A DNA stretch of 64,000 nt from Isurus oxyrinchus (Eukaryota), in the NCBI GenBank assembly GCA_026770705.1, contig JANJGN010000005.1, positions 47,678,001 to 47,742,000 on the forward strand, read 5' to 3'. Shown one piece after another: positions 12,501 to 25,379 of the stretch. Position numbers and translations under genes: made by a program. The notes beneath the pieces were generated by a model that was given only the letters and a program-made list of their open reading frames with translations, did no database searches and had not been told where the DNA came from. Each line of letters starts with the position of its first letter. Within the stretch, counting starts at the first letter, position 1.

Positions 12501-12517
12501 TGGAGCACGAGGCAGCA

Positions 12518-13585
12518 GGAATGGTTGATGGATGCCCTTGCGAATGGAAAGTTGTCTCAAGTGGTGCTCCACAGGACTCAGTGTTGCGACCCTTGCTGTT
12601 TGTGTTATATATTAACGATTTGGATATGAACGTGGGGGGCACGATTGGGAAATTTGCAGATGACACAAAGATTGGCCGAGTAGTGGATGGTGTAGAGCAT
12701 AGCCATAATCTCCAAAATGATATAGATGGGTTGGTGGAGTGGGCGGTAAAGTGGCAGATGGATTTTAATACAGAGAAGTGTGAGGTTATACATTTAGGAA
12801 AGTCAAACAGTTACAGGGATTACACGATAATTGGGAATATACTAAGAGGGGTAGGTGAAGTAAGGGATCTTGGTGAACAAGTACACAGGTCCCTTAACGC
12901 TGCAGTTCAAGTAGGCAAGGTTGTAAAGAAGGCATATGGAATGCTCTCCTTCATTGGCAGAGGTATAGAATATAAAAGTAAGGACATAATGTTGGAATTG
13001 TATAAAACACTGGTGAGGCCACAACTGGAGTATTGTGTGCAGTTCTGGTCACCACATTACAGGAAGGACATAATAGCTCTGGAGAGGGTGCAGGGGTGGT
13101 TTACAAGAATGTTGCCAGGGTTAGAAAAGCGTAGCTACAAGGAGAGATTGGATAGGTTGGGGTTATTTTCCTTAGAACAAAGGAGGCTGAGAGGTGATTT
13201 GACTGAGGTGTACAAAATTATGAGGGGAATAGATAGAGTGGACAGAATAAAATTGTTTCCCTTAGTGGAGAATTGTAGGACCAGGGGACATAGATTCAAG
13301 ATAAGTGGCAGAAGGTTTAGGGGGTAAATGAGGAAGAACTTTTTTAAGCATTGGGTAGTGGTGTCTGGAATTCACTGCCCAAATTGGTGGTAGAGGCAGA
13401 AATTCTAAACTTTTTAAAAAAATATCTGGATCTGCACCTAAAGTGCTGTAAGCTGCAGGGCTATGGGCTGGGTGCAGGAAGGTGGGATTAGGAAGGGCAT
13501 CTGTGTGTCCTCGGGCTGGCATGGACAAGATGGGCTGAATGGCCTTCTTCTGTGCTATAACTTTTCTGTGGTTCTATGTTCTATG
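12518..13585 (+). mobile_element. Young 5'-truncated CR1 LINE
   Basis: Uninterrupted frame 12500-13327 with GAPQDSVL...KFADDTKIG...QFWSPHYRKD; 3' UTR like the copy at 1-3164; tail TTCTATGTTCTATG. Confidence 0.93.
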
Positions 13586-13609
13586 GATTGGGGCCCACTG
13601 GCATTTGAT

Positions 13610-13770
13610 TAGGTGAGTGACTGTGTGAGAGAGAATGTGAGGGGGGAGAGAGAGGGTGTGTATGAGGGGGAGAGAGAGAGAGAGAGATCGTGAGGTGGGG
13701 AGAGACTGTGTGATGGGGAGAGGGTGTGAGTGGCGGAGGGAGGAGAGAGTGTGAGGGGGAAAAGAGAGCC
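13610..13770. repeat. GA/GT-rich microsatellite-like tract
   Basis: (GA)n and GAGGGGG runs. Confidence 0.7.
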
Positions 13771-14329
13771 TGCGCAGAGGCAGAGTGTGTCCATAAGTCT
13801 GGCTCACTGCCAGTATAAGGGTTCTTATCCACCCTTATCCATATACATCATTATGCACTGTGCAGGTGAGTGAGTGAACACCCTGGGTCAGGTAGTGAAC
13901 TGGAAACACACACTCTCACCCTATTAACTCTAATACTCATCTTTATTTATGACTTTTTTTTTTGCTCAGCAAGTTGTTTCTTTTCATATTATATTTTTAA
14001 ATTTATGCGTGATGTTGTGCCAAACTTTATCTTTCTGAAATTTGCTCATTGGCCCCGTGAGTGAGAAAAATTTCGAAGTGTGGCCCCCCGCCCCCAGGTG
14101 AAAAGGTGGGACTAGCCTGCCTTCATGCATTCCATCCCATGCCCAAATTCATCTTTGAAATAATGCAGTCTAATGAGCTCCTTTTCCACTACAAGCTAGT
14201 TGAAACATCTGCTGATTTTCTACTACTGTTTACCGCAAGCCTACCTTCACTGGTTAATATACAAGTTGTGATTCCTACAGCTCCACCTGCTATATGATTA
14301 ACCTCATTGTGAAGTCATTCATTCTGGTA

Positions 14330-14650
14330 GAAAGAACATAGAGAGATAATACAAAATAGCGGGTATAACTCTAAAGAGGGTGCAGGAGCAGAGGGACCTG
14401 GGTGTATATGTATTGTAGTATGTATAAGTCATTGTAGGTGGCAGGATGGGTTGAGAGAGTGGTTAATAAAGCATACAGTATCCTGGGTTTTATCAATAGG
14501 GCCTTAGAGTACAAGAGCAAGGAGGTTATGTTGAACTTGCATAAGACATTTGTTCAGCCTCAGCTGGTGTATTGCATCCAGTTCTGGGTACCACACTTTA
14601 GGAAGAAATGCATTGAATGGCCTCCACCTGTGCTATAACCATTCTATGAT
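14330..14650 (+). mobile_element. CR1 3' fragment with internal deletion
   Basis: KAYSILGFINRALEYKSKEVML...QFWVPHFRK joined directly to the tail ACCATTCTATGATT. Confidence 0.8.
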
Positions 14651-15355
14651 TTTACTAAAATACAAATAACCTTCATTCAGCTTCACTGCCTGAATACCAT
14701 GTTTCCCTGCAGTATGAAGAATATCTTAAAAGGGACGCAATAGCTGCCATACCAGCTTATTCCCTGTTTTCATACTGTCAGAAATCTCTTTCAGAAATTA
14801 TAAACAAAATATTAGGAATCTATGCAAAGTGATAGCAGGTAAAGGAACTGAGCAATTTGAAGTGTCAACACACCCATTGCTTTGATTGGTATTGTCTCCA
14901 TTGTCTATTGCACTGTGTTTTGTTCATGTGCCACTTTTAGGCAGACATCCACTGCCAATGATACCAATTATGAATAGGGTTTCTCTTACTTTGTTTTTAA
15001 GGTTTACTGAAAAAATATCTCAATTTGACAAGCGCTCAGAGTTACAAACAAAGCGATTAAGAATACAAAGGTCTAAATATGGAGATAAAATTACAACTTG
15101 TCACCTCTCATTGTAGAGCAGAACAAAAGATAATAATTATACAGAAAAGAACTAGGTGGCACCTGGCTGACAAAAGATGGACATGTGTCAGATCTGGGTG
15201 GAGAGGGAGAGAAGCATTATCTCAGAAAACTGATGATCATAATCTCAGGAAAACAAGAAAAGCTGCCAATGATTCCTTTCTGAGCCTTTTCGTTCACACG
15301 TAACATTCTATTAATGCATCAATAGCAAGCAATCTTTCCTCAGCTCTGAACTCAC

Positions 15356-15418
15356 TCCAATTGTTACTGTTTTCCAAGTTGAGAAATGTGGTGAAGTGCC
15401 ACATGCTTGCCACACAGA
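15356..15418 (-). CDS. Putative exon of an unidentified host gene (SVWQACGTSPHFSTWKTVTIG)
   Basis: Acceptor CTTTCAACTGTTTTCAG, donor GGA|GTGAGT, 63 nt, phase 0-0, non-repetitive sequence. Confidence 0.35.
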
Positions 15419-15562
15419 CTGAAAACAGTTGAAAGCAGTAACACAAGCAAATGAGGTAATTCAGAGTGTAGCAATTACGTGACCCCCATTTGCATGTAAA
15501 GGTCTATAGATTATTGGAAGAAAGGGAAAAAGCGATATTAAGCATATACCCGGTTAGCATAC

Positions 15563-15666
15563 CTCTTCATCCTCCTCCAGCATTAGATGCCCTCCAGCCC
15601 TTGTGCATTCTGTGCATAACTCCTCTCTCTGTTCTACTAATAGTGATAAGGCTTTTGGCCAACTAG
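15563..15666 (-). CDS. Putative exon (ASWPKALSLLVEQREELCTECTRAGGHLMLEEDEE)
   Basis: Acceptor TACAG, donor GAG|GTATGC, 104 nt, phase 1-0; only one frame is open and it fits both neighbours. Confidence 0.4.
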
Positions 15667-16165
15667 CTGTACTCAATAATATAACAGGAGGCAAAATAAC
15701 ATATTGGCCTGGATTTTGTAGTCAGTGGCAAAGGGACAGCACTTACCACTAACCTCAAAGAAAGATACTCACAATGATTTAGTGGGTATCGATTTCCCCA
15801 AAATGGTATCAATTTTATTCTGGTGTCATGGGATCCTTGGCATCCAGGAACGGTGAAGTCATCAAGCAGACTGAGCTACTAATTAAATTAATAATTGCTC
15901 CCAGACAGCAAAGCAAGAAGTAAAAAGCGCTGCTTATCAGTCACTTGTAATAATTTCACCAAGAACGAAATAAAGATTGGGACATACACATGGGATTAAG
16001 GAAGAAATTGAAATATCATAAATGAACATTTAAAAAAATTAACACCAAATTACCTCGCTGCAGCACAGTTATTTGACGAGTTAGCAAACGTTATGACTTT
16101 TGGCTTGAAAGCAGCTTCATACTTCATTCATTTCACCGGAGGATCCATTTCTGTTCACCACTCAC

Positions 16166-16229
16166 CTTGCCATGCACAGTCTGCTCTTTGCAACAGAGCC
16201 TGTACCACCTGCTTGTTCCTATGTGCCAA
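16166..16229 (-). CDS. Putative exon (LAHRNKQVVQALLQRADCAWQ)
   Basis: Acceptor CTTATGTTGCCAG, donor AAG|GTGAGT, 64 nt, phase 0-1. Confidence 0.38.
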
Positions 16230-16404
16230 CTGGCAACATAAGGTAAGTCATTTCTGGGATCAAAAGTCAAAGTCGATTACTGATGTGAGTATAACTTTTC
16301 ATACTGAAAATGGAGCTCAGCTTACTCCCAGAGGATACGCAAAAGCGCAGTTTTTGGTGTTGAAAAAGTTGGTCATCTTGTACTTTGGGTCAACTTATAG
16401 GCGG

Positions 16405-16690
16405 TGATGTATGGTATGTATGGAATTTCAGAAATCCAAACACTGCTGCCAAAATCTCTCTTTCTATTTTAGCATATCTGGTCTCAGCTGATGTGTTAGA
16501 GCTTTGGATACAACTGCTATTGCTTTTTCCTCTTGTACCAGAGCCACATCCGATCCTTTTGTAGAAGCATCTATGTACAGAGTGACAGGCATCTTTCATC
16601 TGCTTTCTGCTGGAACACATCCTGACACACATCAAGGCCAAAACTTAGATGCAAGAATTTGCACCCAGAGTACAGTGCACAGTTTTGTTC
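16405..16690 (-). mobile_element. Gypsy-type LTR retrotransposon RT/RNase H fragment
   Basis: TSAETRYAKIEREILAAVFGFLKFHTY, the typical RNase H ExxYxxxERELLA motif. Confidence 0.8.
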
Positions 16691-16694
16691 TCCT

Positions 16695-17180
16695 AACCTA
16701 AGGAAGGATAAAGTTGCATTGGAAGCAATTCAGAGAAGGTTCACTTGGCTGATTTCTGGGGTGAAGAGGTTGTCTTATGAGGAAAGTTTGAGCAGCATAC
16801 TCATTGAAATTTAGAAGAATGAGAGGTGATCTAATCAAAATATATAAGATTTTGAGGGGCTTGACAGGGTAGATCCTAAAAGCGTGTTTCTCCTCGGGGA
16901 ATCTAGAACTAGGGGGCACCGTTTCACAATGAGGTTCCTCCCATTTAAGATGGAGCTGAGTGTTCAAAGGGTTGTTAATCTTTGGATCTCTCTTCCCCAG
17001 AGAACAGTGGAGGCTGGGACAGTGAATATATTGAAGGTTTAGTTTTATCGGATTTTTGACAGTCAAGCTGGTGGGGTGCAGGGGGTGGGTGAAGGGGGAG
17101 GGGAGAAGGGGGTGTGGCAGGAAATTGCAGTTGAAGCTACAATCAGAGCAGCCATGATCTTATTGAATGGTGGAGCAGGC
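16695..17180 (+). mobile_element. CR1 3' end fragment
   Basis: AGGAAGGATAAAGTTGCATTGGAAG...AGAAGAATGAGAGGTGATCT...CAGCCATGATCTTATTGAATGGTGGAGCAGGC. Confidence 0.8.
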
Positions 17181-17760
17181 TCTCCCCTTTTCTTTGAGCA
17201 GGAGTGTAACATTTGCAACCCCCCAAGGCTCTGGCACCACTCCCATATCTAAGTAGGATTAAGCGATTGTAGCCAAAGCCTTCACAATTCCTACCCTTAC
17301 ATTCCTCAACAGCCCAAGGATGCATCCAATCCAAAGTGGGTAGCTTTTCTACTTTTAAGTACCCCTCCTTTATGTATTTTTGTCGCATCCAATTTTTCTA
17401 CTCCCTCCTCCTTTATTTGGCTTTGACAACATCTTTTTCTTTAATGAAAACTCATATAAAGTACTCATTCAAAATCTCATCCATACCAGCTGCTTCCACA
17501 AGAAAATTTCCTTTTGAGTCTCTAATTGGCACTTCCACACTCTCTTTGAATAGAATTAGACTATTTATATACTTTACTATTTGCTATTTACAAAAAAAAT
17601 GGGAATTCCATTTATATGATCCACTAATCTATTCTCACACTCAATCTTTGCTCTTCTGATTCCCTCTTCTCCTCTACATTCCCTGCATTCTTCTTAGTTC
17701 TCTGCCAGATTACATACCTGTCATTTATCATAGCCTCCTTTTTATGTTTAATTTTAAACC
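17181..17760 (-). mobile_element. Old CR1 ORF2 fragment
   Basis: LKVEKLPTLDWMHP (PGPDGxHP-like) and a WRxANVTPLF-like region. Confidence 0.6.
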
Positions 17761-18038
17761 ATGTCAAAGAAATTCATCCATTGCACTAAGTGCGGGATCA
17801 GGCATGAAAAACGGCGTTGTACTTGATGGCTACAATGGCAGGTTTTCGCATTGTATCATCTGCTTCCTGCCTCATTAATTCTCATTAATTTTCACATACG
17901 TGAAACACAGTGCATCGTTGGCAGGCGGCCTCCGATTCACCCGCCCCACCATCAGCTCACCGCTTCCTCACACCAGGCACCATATTTAATGTGCAGGTGC
18001 ACACAGCCTTCTCAGTTTCAGCAGTCCGAGACTGCTCC

Positions 18039-19710
18039 ATGAAAGATACGGCCCTGAAATGCAAGAAGGTGGTAGCCCCCAAATTCAGTGATGCCTCATT
18101 GGAGAACCTGTTGGACGTAGTCGAGGTCCACTGCCATGTCCTCTACCCCCACTCTGACCTGAGAAAGTCCAGCAAGATGACCAATTTGGCTTGGGAGGCT
18201 GTGGCAGTGGTGGTCAGTGCCAACACAGTCCAGAAGAGGTCAGCCACCCAATGCTGCAACAGGATGAATGATCTCATCCATGCCTCCAGGGTAAGTTAAC
18301 CATCTCATCACTCAGCTCACACACTCATAAGCCATCATTCACTGGCATCTCACTCATTACCAGCTCAAGAGACATTACCATTTACTCTATCACACACACC
18401 CTCACATCTCCATCTGGGCTCCTCTACTCTGAAGATCACAACCTCATACGTATGGTATAGCTCCCCTCACCAACCACAGATGCCAGCATCCTTATCACCT
18501 GCCCTGGCATGTGACTTACTCATACTCTCTCCATCTGTCTTTATGCAAGACAAATTTGCACACAATAAAAGGAAGAGGTCCCAAACAGGCTGGACATCAG
18601 GCCCTCATAGAGTTCAAGAATCGAACCATTGAGCTGACAGAGAGGATGTTGACTATGCCTGCGCCAACGGTGAGGTTGGTGGTGTACACCCAAGTGAGGA
18701 TCCTCCACCAGCTCATCCCTCAGACAACCACACTGCAAGTGCTTTACCCTGTACTGGAGTCGCCTGCCATGCACTAATTATCTCTTATTTCTCTCATAGG
18801 CACCACTAAAAAGTGCCTAGCAACATCCACAAACCTCATCTCCAGGCCTGAGGACACCACACGTGAGGAACCAGAGGAGAGTACTATAGAAGATCCGCCA
18901 CAGCACTCACCTATACCTTGTACCAGCTCAAAGACACAAACCTCGGTGGGACCTAGTTCTAGAGCAGGCTCAGGGGTCATGATCTGGTGAAGCACAGGAC
19001 ACAATCTGGTCCGCAGCAGACAGAGGCAGGGACATCGAGGTACTTCGCTGGAGGCCATGATTCTGCTGAGTCCAAGTCAGATGGCCAGCCTCAGGACTTG
19101 GTCCTAAGTCAGTTGCTGGGGCTGCAGCGACAGTCAAGGGAGTATCAGGGAGGGATGACAGCTGCATTGCTCAGGTTGTAACAGACAATGGAGGAGTCCG
19201 TCCACCTTCAGTCTGAGGTAATAGCTCCAGCATGCCAACACACTGAGGTCAACACTGGGAGGTTGGCGGCTGCCAGGGAGACCTTGGTCCAGAACATCAA
19301 TCCTGCACTGCTGCAGGAGCAGCACTCCATCACTGTAGCCCTTGGTGGCATCCATCAGTGGCTACTCGAGATGGGAGCAGGGCACTTAGATCCAGCTGCC
19401 ACTTCTCCTCAAGGAGTCAGCCAGGAGCCATCAGGCACCCATAGGGAAGAGGACCAGCAGCTGGACACCCGAGACATTCACCCAGGTGACTCTGGGATTC
19501 TCCAGCCGGTCCAAATCCATTCCGCGTGTGACCCCATCACCTCCAGCTCCACAGGCTGAGGAGGGTGCACCTGCTCCACAGCAGGACACCCAAAGCAGGT
19601 TGGGGCCCTCCAGGTTTTGGCCCTCCAGAGGACGTTAGGCAATGTCATTACATAGAACAGGGCGTAGCACCAAGACACATCGGTAGGGTTAGGAAAGTTA
19701 AAAAGATTTA
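18039..19710 (+). pseudogene. Harbinger Myb/SANT DNA-binding protein gene, spliced, decayed
   Basis: APKFSDASLENLLDVVE...WEAVAVVVSANTVQKRSATQCCNRMNDL; donor AGG|GTAAGT at 18290; acceptors at about 18549 and 18800 (TTTCTCTCATAG); coiled-coil-like LLGLQRQSREYQGGMTAALLRL. Confidence 0.8.
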
Positions 19711-21311
19711 GGAGCACAGTGTGGCACGGATGTTACCACATGCATGTAAAGTTCACAACTATAAATAGAATCACATCCATTTCACATCTCCTCTTGCATA
19801 TGTCTCCTTTTTAAGAATTGCTGTGTTACTGTCAATCAGGTGTGAAACCATGATTCCTCCCCCCACATGTCGCTATCATGGGCCTCTCGTCTTTGTAGTG
19901 TACTTCCATATCACCACAGTGCGTGTTCCTCTTGCACATCATTCTCAACATCAGTGATGTCTCAATCTTAATTATAAGTGTTCTTGTGGAATGAAGCTCA
20001 TTCACATGCTTTGCGTGGTCATATCATCTTTATTCTTGGGTGTGTACAGATTGAGGCAGAGGTGTTCTCTTAACTCATCTGCATTCTAGAAAGGTGAAGA
20101 TGTAACATCTAAGGAAATGTGTTCATGCATGGAGAAGGGTCATGTATCATGCAACTCCATGTGCTCTCTGCCTCTTGGCAGGGTTTTTATGCCATGAGCC
20201 CATACTCAGAGCTTCAGTGCGCTGCTGTCAGCCAAACTCTTTTTTGACTTTCAGAGTGTGCATCTGCTTAGCTCACCAATAAGTGGGGGCAGCTTGCCAC
20301 CTCAAGATGATGAAGTCCAGCTCCTCTCCATCACATTATAATCTTGGCGCTCAAACTTCCAACCTTGAACGTGTCTCGCCTTGCAGCGGTTGTGTGTTTT
20401 GCAGGGATAAGGCTCTCGTCACAAACTACGGATGCAGCATCATGCGTCCCCTCACCTGAGCACTCGCCAAAGTCACTGTTGCTAACTGCAAATGGCATCT
20501 TCTGGCAGGTAATAGAGGCTTTGAGCATGCTCTTGAAGTGCACATGTTTGCTTTAGACAATGTGAAGGGGAACAAGGGATAGGAGCGAGAATATATTGAA
20601 TGACGCATGCCCTTGAGGGCTTCATGGCGTGTGTGATATGCACTTGGCAAGGGCCTGGGCTGGCCATGAAGGCACAATGTCAGCATTAAAGTGGAGTAAT
20701 TTTAATGCCTGGCAGGCAAGAGTTTGACATTGTAAAGCTCAGGTGGTCCACATCCATATCAAGCTCAGGATAAATGCAGCCCATGGTCCCGAACTGAGTG
20801 TTCTGGATGTTAGTGTGATTTGGAAGAGTGCACCACAGGCAACTGAGTCATTCCGAAATGGATGCATAGCAGCAGAATTTCATTGGCTGCCTTGTCACAA
20901 ATGTGAATTATCTGATTCACCATCAGTGTTACACAGAATATATTCCATTGCTGGAGATGGATCTCCTTGAGGAACCTTGTTCCATTGAAGGCATACAGGC
21001 ACAAGACCACTGAGGATCATGCAACAGTTACTGGCTCCTGTAGGGTGCCATTGCGACTGGATGCTGGAGAAAAACTTGAAAAAGCAGCATTGACTGACGT
21101 ATGATGCTGGGACTCCATCCTCCCGTTAGTACCTCAACTCAGCAAGGACACAAGCTCCCAGGTCTTCATCATCCTTCAAAGGATCAGGACAATATGAGCC
21201 TGATGTGCAACTATTCACTCTTATATTTGAATGCTTAGGCGAAATGAGAGGAATTGTAACACTGGCGCTCATGTGGGCGCATGATGGAGGGCACTTGTCC
21301 ATGAGGATACT

Positions 21312-24300
21312 CAGTACAATTCGCCATCCTCCTTGTGGAATCTGGTGCCTGTGAGGGCCTCACACACCCGCCTGCCTCATCTGGCCTGTGTTATGGACCC
21401 TTCCCCTGCAGCCTCACCTTCCTCAAACTCATCGCCCTCATCCCCTTCTGGGTCGTCCTCGTCGGAGGGGACATTCAGCTCCTCCATGTCAGTATCTGGC
21501 AAGACTTCCCCATTTGCAGCATCAGGCTGTACAGAGTGCAGCAAGCCATGATGATCCGGGGACTGTACTGGAATGCTATGCCAGATCTATCCAGGTATCG
21601 GAATCGCATCTTTGTAATCTCTATGGTGTGTCCCACCAATGTCTGGGTAGCAATATGAGCCCCATTCTAACCCCTAATGTGTGTCATCAGCCAATTCCTT
21701 TGCAGGTACCCTTTGTCACTGAGGAGCTAGACCTGGATCCTGTGTAGTCCCTCAAACATTCCTGGGATCTGCAATCTACTCAATGTGTATGAGTCGTGGA
21801 TGCTTCCTGAGTATCTGGTGCAAACCTACATGATAAGTTTCCTATGGTCGCAAACCAGCTCTACATTGAGCAAATTGTAGCCTTTCCTGTTTAGGCATTG
21901 GAGTAGCCAAGGAGTTTTTCTAACCGCATGAGAGAGTCGATGACATCCTGCACATGCGGAAACCCAGAAATCTCGGCAGAGACCAGTATTCTGGCGTCCT
22001 AGCTTGCTTGATCTCTGTCAAATTTTTTTTTAATTCATTCGCAGGATGTGGGCTTCGCTGGCTGGGCCAGCGTATATTGTTCATCCCTAGTTGCCCTTGA
22101 GAAGGTGGTGGTAAGCTGCCTTCTTAAAACACTGCAGTCCATGTGGTATAGATACACCCACAGTGCTGTTAGGAAGGGAGTTCCAGGATTTTGACTCAGC
22201 AACACTGAAGGAACAGCAATATATTTCCAAGTCAGGGTGGTGAGTGACTTGGAGGGGAACTTCCAGGTGGTGATGTTCACATTTATCTACTGCCTTTGTC
22301 CTTCTAGATGGTAGTGGTCGTGGGTTTGGAAGGTGCTGTCGAAGGAGCCTTGGTGAATTCCCGCAGTGCATCTTTTGGGTGGTACACACTGCCACTACTG
22401 AGCGTCGGTGGTGGAGGGAGTGAATATTTGAAGATGGGATGCCAATCAAACTGGCTGCTTTGTCCTGGACAGTGTCAAGTATCTAGAGTGTTGTGGGAGC
22501 TGCATTCATCCAGGCAAATGGGGAGTATTCCATCACATGCCTGACTTGTAGATGGTGGACAGGCTTTGAGGAGTCAGGAGGTGGGTTACTCATCTCATGA
22601 TTCCTAGCCTCTGACATGCTCTTGTAGCCACAGTATTTATATGGCTGTCCAGTTCAGTTTCTGGCCAATGGTAATCCCTAGGATGTTGATAGTGGGGATT
22701 TAGTGATGCTAATGCCATTGAATGTCAAGAGGCAATTGTTGGACTCTGTCTTGTTGGAGATGATCATTGTCTAATACTTGTGTGGTGTGAATGTTACTTA
22801 CCACTTGTCAACCCAAGCTTGAATATTGTCCAGATCTTACTGCATTTGGACATGGACTGCTTCAGTATCTGAGGAGTCACGAATGGTGCTGAACATTATG
22901 CAATCATCAGCGAACATCCCCACTTCTGCCCTTATGATGGAAGGAAGGTCATTGATGAAGCAGCTGAAGATGGTTGGACCAAGTACACTACCCTGAGGAG
23001 CCCCTGCATTGATGTCGTGGGGCTGAGATGACTGACCTCCAATAACCACAACCATCTTCCTTTGTGTTAGGTTTGACTCCAACCAGTGGAGAGTTTTCCC
23101 CCTGATTCCCATTGACTCCAGTTTTGCTTGGGCTCCTTGATATCACACTCAGTTAAATGCTGCCTTGATATCAAGGGCAGTCACTCTCACCTCATCTCGG
23201 GAGTTCAGCTCTTTTGTCCATGTTTGAACCAAGGCTGTAATGAGGCCATGAGTTGAGTGGCCCTGGCGGAACCCAAACTGGGCATCAATGAGCAGGTTAT
23301 TGCTAAGTAAGTGCCGCTTGATAGTACTGTTGATGACCCCTACCGTTACTTTACTGCTGATGGGGCGGTAATTGGTCGGGTTGGATTTGTCCCACTTTTT
23401 GTGTACAGAACATACCTGGGTTAATTTTCCACATAGCCAGGCAGATGCCAGTGTTGTAGTTGTACAGGAATAGCTTGCCTAGAGGTGCAGCAAATTCTGG
23501 AGCACAAGCCTTCTGTACTTTTGCTGGAATATTGTCAGGGCCCATAGCCTTGGCAGTATCCAGTGTCTTCAGCTGTTTCTTGATATCACGTGGAGTGAAT
23601 TGAATTGGTTGAAGACTGGTGCTGGGCACCTCCAGAGGAGGCCGAGATGGATAATCCACTCAGCACTTCTGGCTGAAGATTGAAGCATATGGTTCAGCCT
23701 TATCTTTTGCACTGATGTGCTGGGCTCCTTCATCATTGAGGATGGGGATATTTGTGGAGCTTTTTCCTCCAGAGTTGTTTAATAGTCCACCACCATCCAT
23801 TCATGAAGTAGGCGTAATTGTGAGCCTTGACAAAAAGGGCGTCTGTGACATCATGATGCATTTGTGCATGGAAGCCTGAGAGATCTTGCCGAGTTCCTCA
23901 GTGGAACCCTGGAAGGAGCCACTGGAGTAGAAATTCAGCACAGCCGTTACTTTGAGAGCCACTGGCATTGGATGCCTCCCCAGTTCCCATGGCACTAATT
24001 CCTGGTTAATGTAGCAAATGTGACTCAACATATCCCTGGGCATGTGGAGCCATCAGCGACACTGGTTCTTGTTCTTCTGCAGATAAGACATGCGAGTTCT
24101 GTAAACCCTGGGTCTTGCAAGCTACCTATGCATGATGTGTCTATGTGCCTCATCTCCTGCATCGAAGAAGGCCCTGCTGGCTCTTGGTCTTGTGGGCATT
24201 GCTCCTCCCTTTGATGAGCCAGGTGCCTCTATCGCAATCTTCTCCTTCTCTCCTGCTTGTAAGTGACAATACAGGCAGTAATAAATTCATCCTCCATTTC
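21312..24300 (-). pseudogene. Harbinger (HARBI1-like) DDE nuclease, split by a LINE
   Basis: PMPVALKVTAVLNFYSSGSFQ...ISQASMHKCI (23801-24043); GFPHVQDVID, NRKGYNLLNVELVCD, YSGSIHDS and KMRFRYLDRSG...CCTLYS (21500-22020). Confidence 0.85.
22030..23800 (-). mobile_element. CR1/L2-group LINE (second family), 5'-truncated
   Basis: KAMGPDNIP, GAPQGSVLGPTIFSCFINDL...MFADD; 3' end CACCACCTTCTCAAGGGCAA with A-rich tail. Confidence 0.88.
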
Positions 24301-25379
24301 CTGATGGTCTCCTCTGTGTATTATCAATAAGAAACAGACAAGTGTTAGCATTAGTCTCCAAACGTCCTCTTCTGTCAATGACTTGTCAGTGAATATGGGT
24401 TCAAGGGCTTTCTTCCCTTGTCAGAGAGTACTTACCTGAAATGATGGCCAATGTGTAGTGCATATTGAGGTTCCCCCATGCCACCAACCAACATGACCAG
24501 CTGCTCTGACACCGCTTTGGCCAGGCTCTTGGATGCACTGCTCTCAGCCCAGTGCTGGGAGCCCCATTCACTGCACTCTAATATTAAACTGTTTGGAATA
24601 AACAGGAGAGTAAATGTTCATTCAGGAAATGAGATTATTTGAGGCAGGCCTGAGGTTTCTCTTCAGTGAACTGTCCAGCATCAACTTTCCAATAGGCTTC
24701 TGGAGCTTGTCTATTCACCAAATTGCTTTGGAGTTCATTATTACTCTGGGGAATCTCTACACTGTGAACAAGGGGTTAATACAAGGAGGTCAATTACTGC
24801 CACTTTGTGGGATTAGTCTTGCACGAATGGGCATCATTGCTTCACTTATGAGTATGGAAACCCCTCCCATCATCCCGGAGGAGTTTCATGTTCAGATTTC
24901 CCTCCCATACAGACCTCCCCTGTATTCCTTGATCCTGTCATGTTCTGCTGCATGTCCATTTGTTAGCTCCTGAACATTTTGAAGTGGGTATGCCTATGGC
25001 CCATGTGGACCTCACCCATCCACATCTTGAGGCCATTTACACTGTTCAACTTTCCCTCGCCCCAACCCCCACCCTCCTCCTGGTCATGTGTCTAAGTGTA
25101 ACTCTCCCGGCTCGTAACACCCAGTTTTGTTTAATTTTCATTTACGGGATTCGGATGTGGGATTTATTGCCCATTCCTAATTCCCCTTGAAAAGTAGAGC
25201 CCTAGCACTGCAGGCCCATCTCCTGTGTGAGGCCACTTGCCCCTCTTCCCACATACAGGCCTAGCCCTGCAGCCCATGAGAAGCCACCCCCACCTTAGCG
25301 TAGGTGGACACTTGTCTGTGACAACCCCCTGAAAGAGAAGTGGTCCTGCCTGCGAAGCCTGGCGCTGATTCCCATGAGC

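Larger units (their letters stand above)
11995..14119. mobile_element. Non-autonomous hAT (Charlie-like) element containing a G-rich minisatellite and a CR1 insertion
   Basis: TIRs CAGGCTTGTCCA / GGGACTAGCCTG; 8 bp flanks GCTTAATG and CCTTCATG (6/8 identical); subterminal GCGGCCC and TGGCCCC motifs. Confidence 0.7.
17765..24905. mobile_element. Decayed autonomous-type PIF/Harbinger transposon with convergent Myb/SANT (+) and DDE nuclease (-) genes
   Basis: See the component features. The left end resembles the 39284 copy; boundaries are approximate. Confidence 0.8.

Noticed and set aside
15563-15666. Resemblance of QREEL...RAGGHLMLEEDEE to the N-terminus of ADA2/CECR1
   Set aside because: The expected following sequence (FPPxMHFF...MPKG) was not found downstream, and the flanking putative exons do not fit; no gene symbol assigned.
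16197-16242. Plus-strand exon-like segment (CTCTTTGCAACAG...AAG|GTAAGT) overlapping the minus-strand candidate
   Set aside because: No convincing plus-strand partner exons found. It remains an alternative and lowers confidence in the minus-strand model.
21312-24300. Domesticated HARBI1 gene
   Set aside because: It has stops, frameshifts and a LINE insertion, and is paired with a Myb gene inside a multicopy element; a dead transposon.
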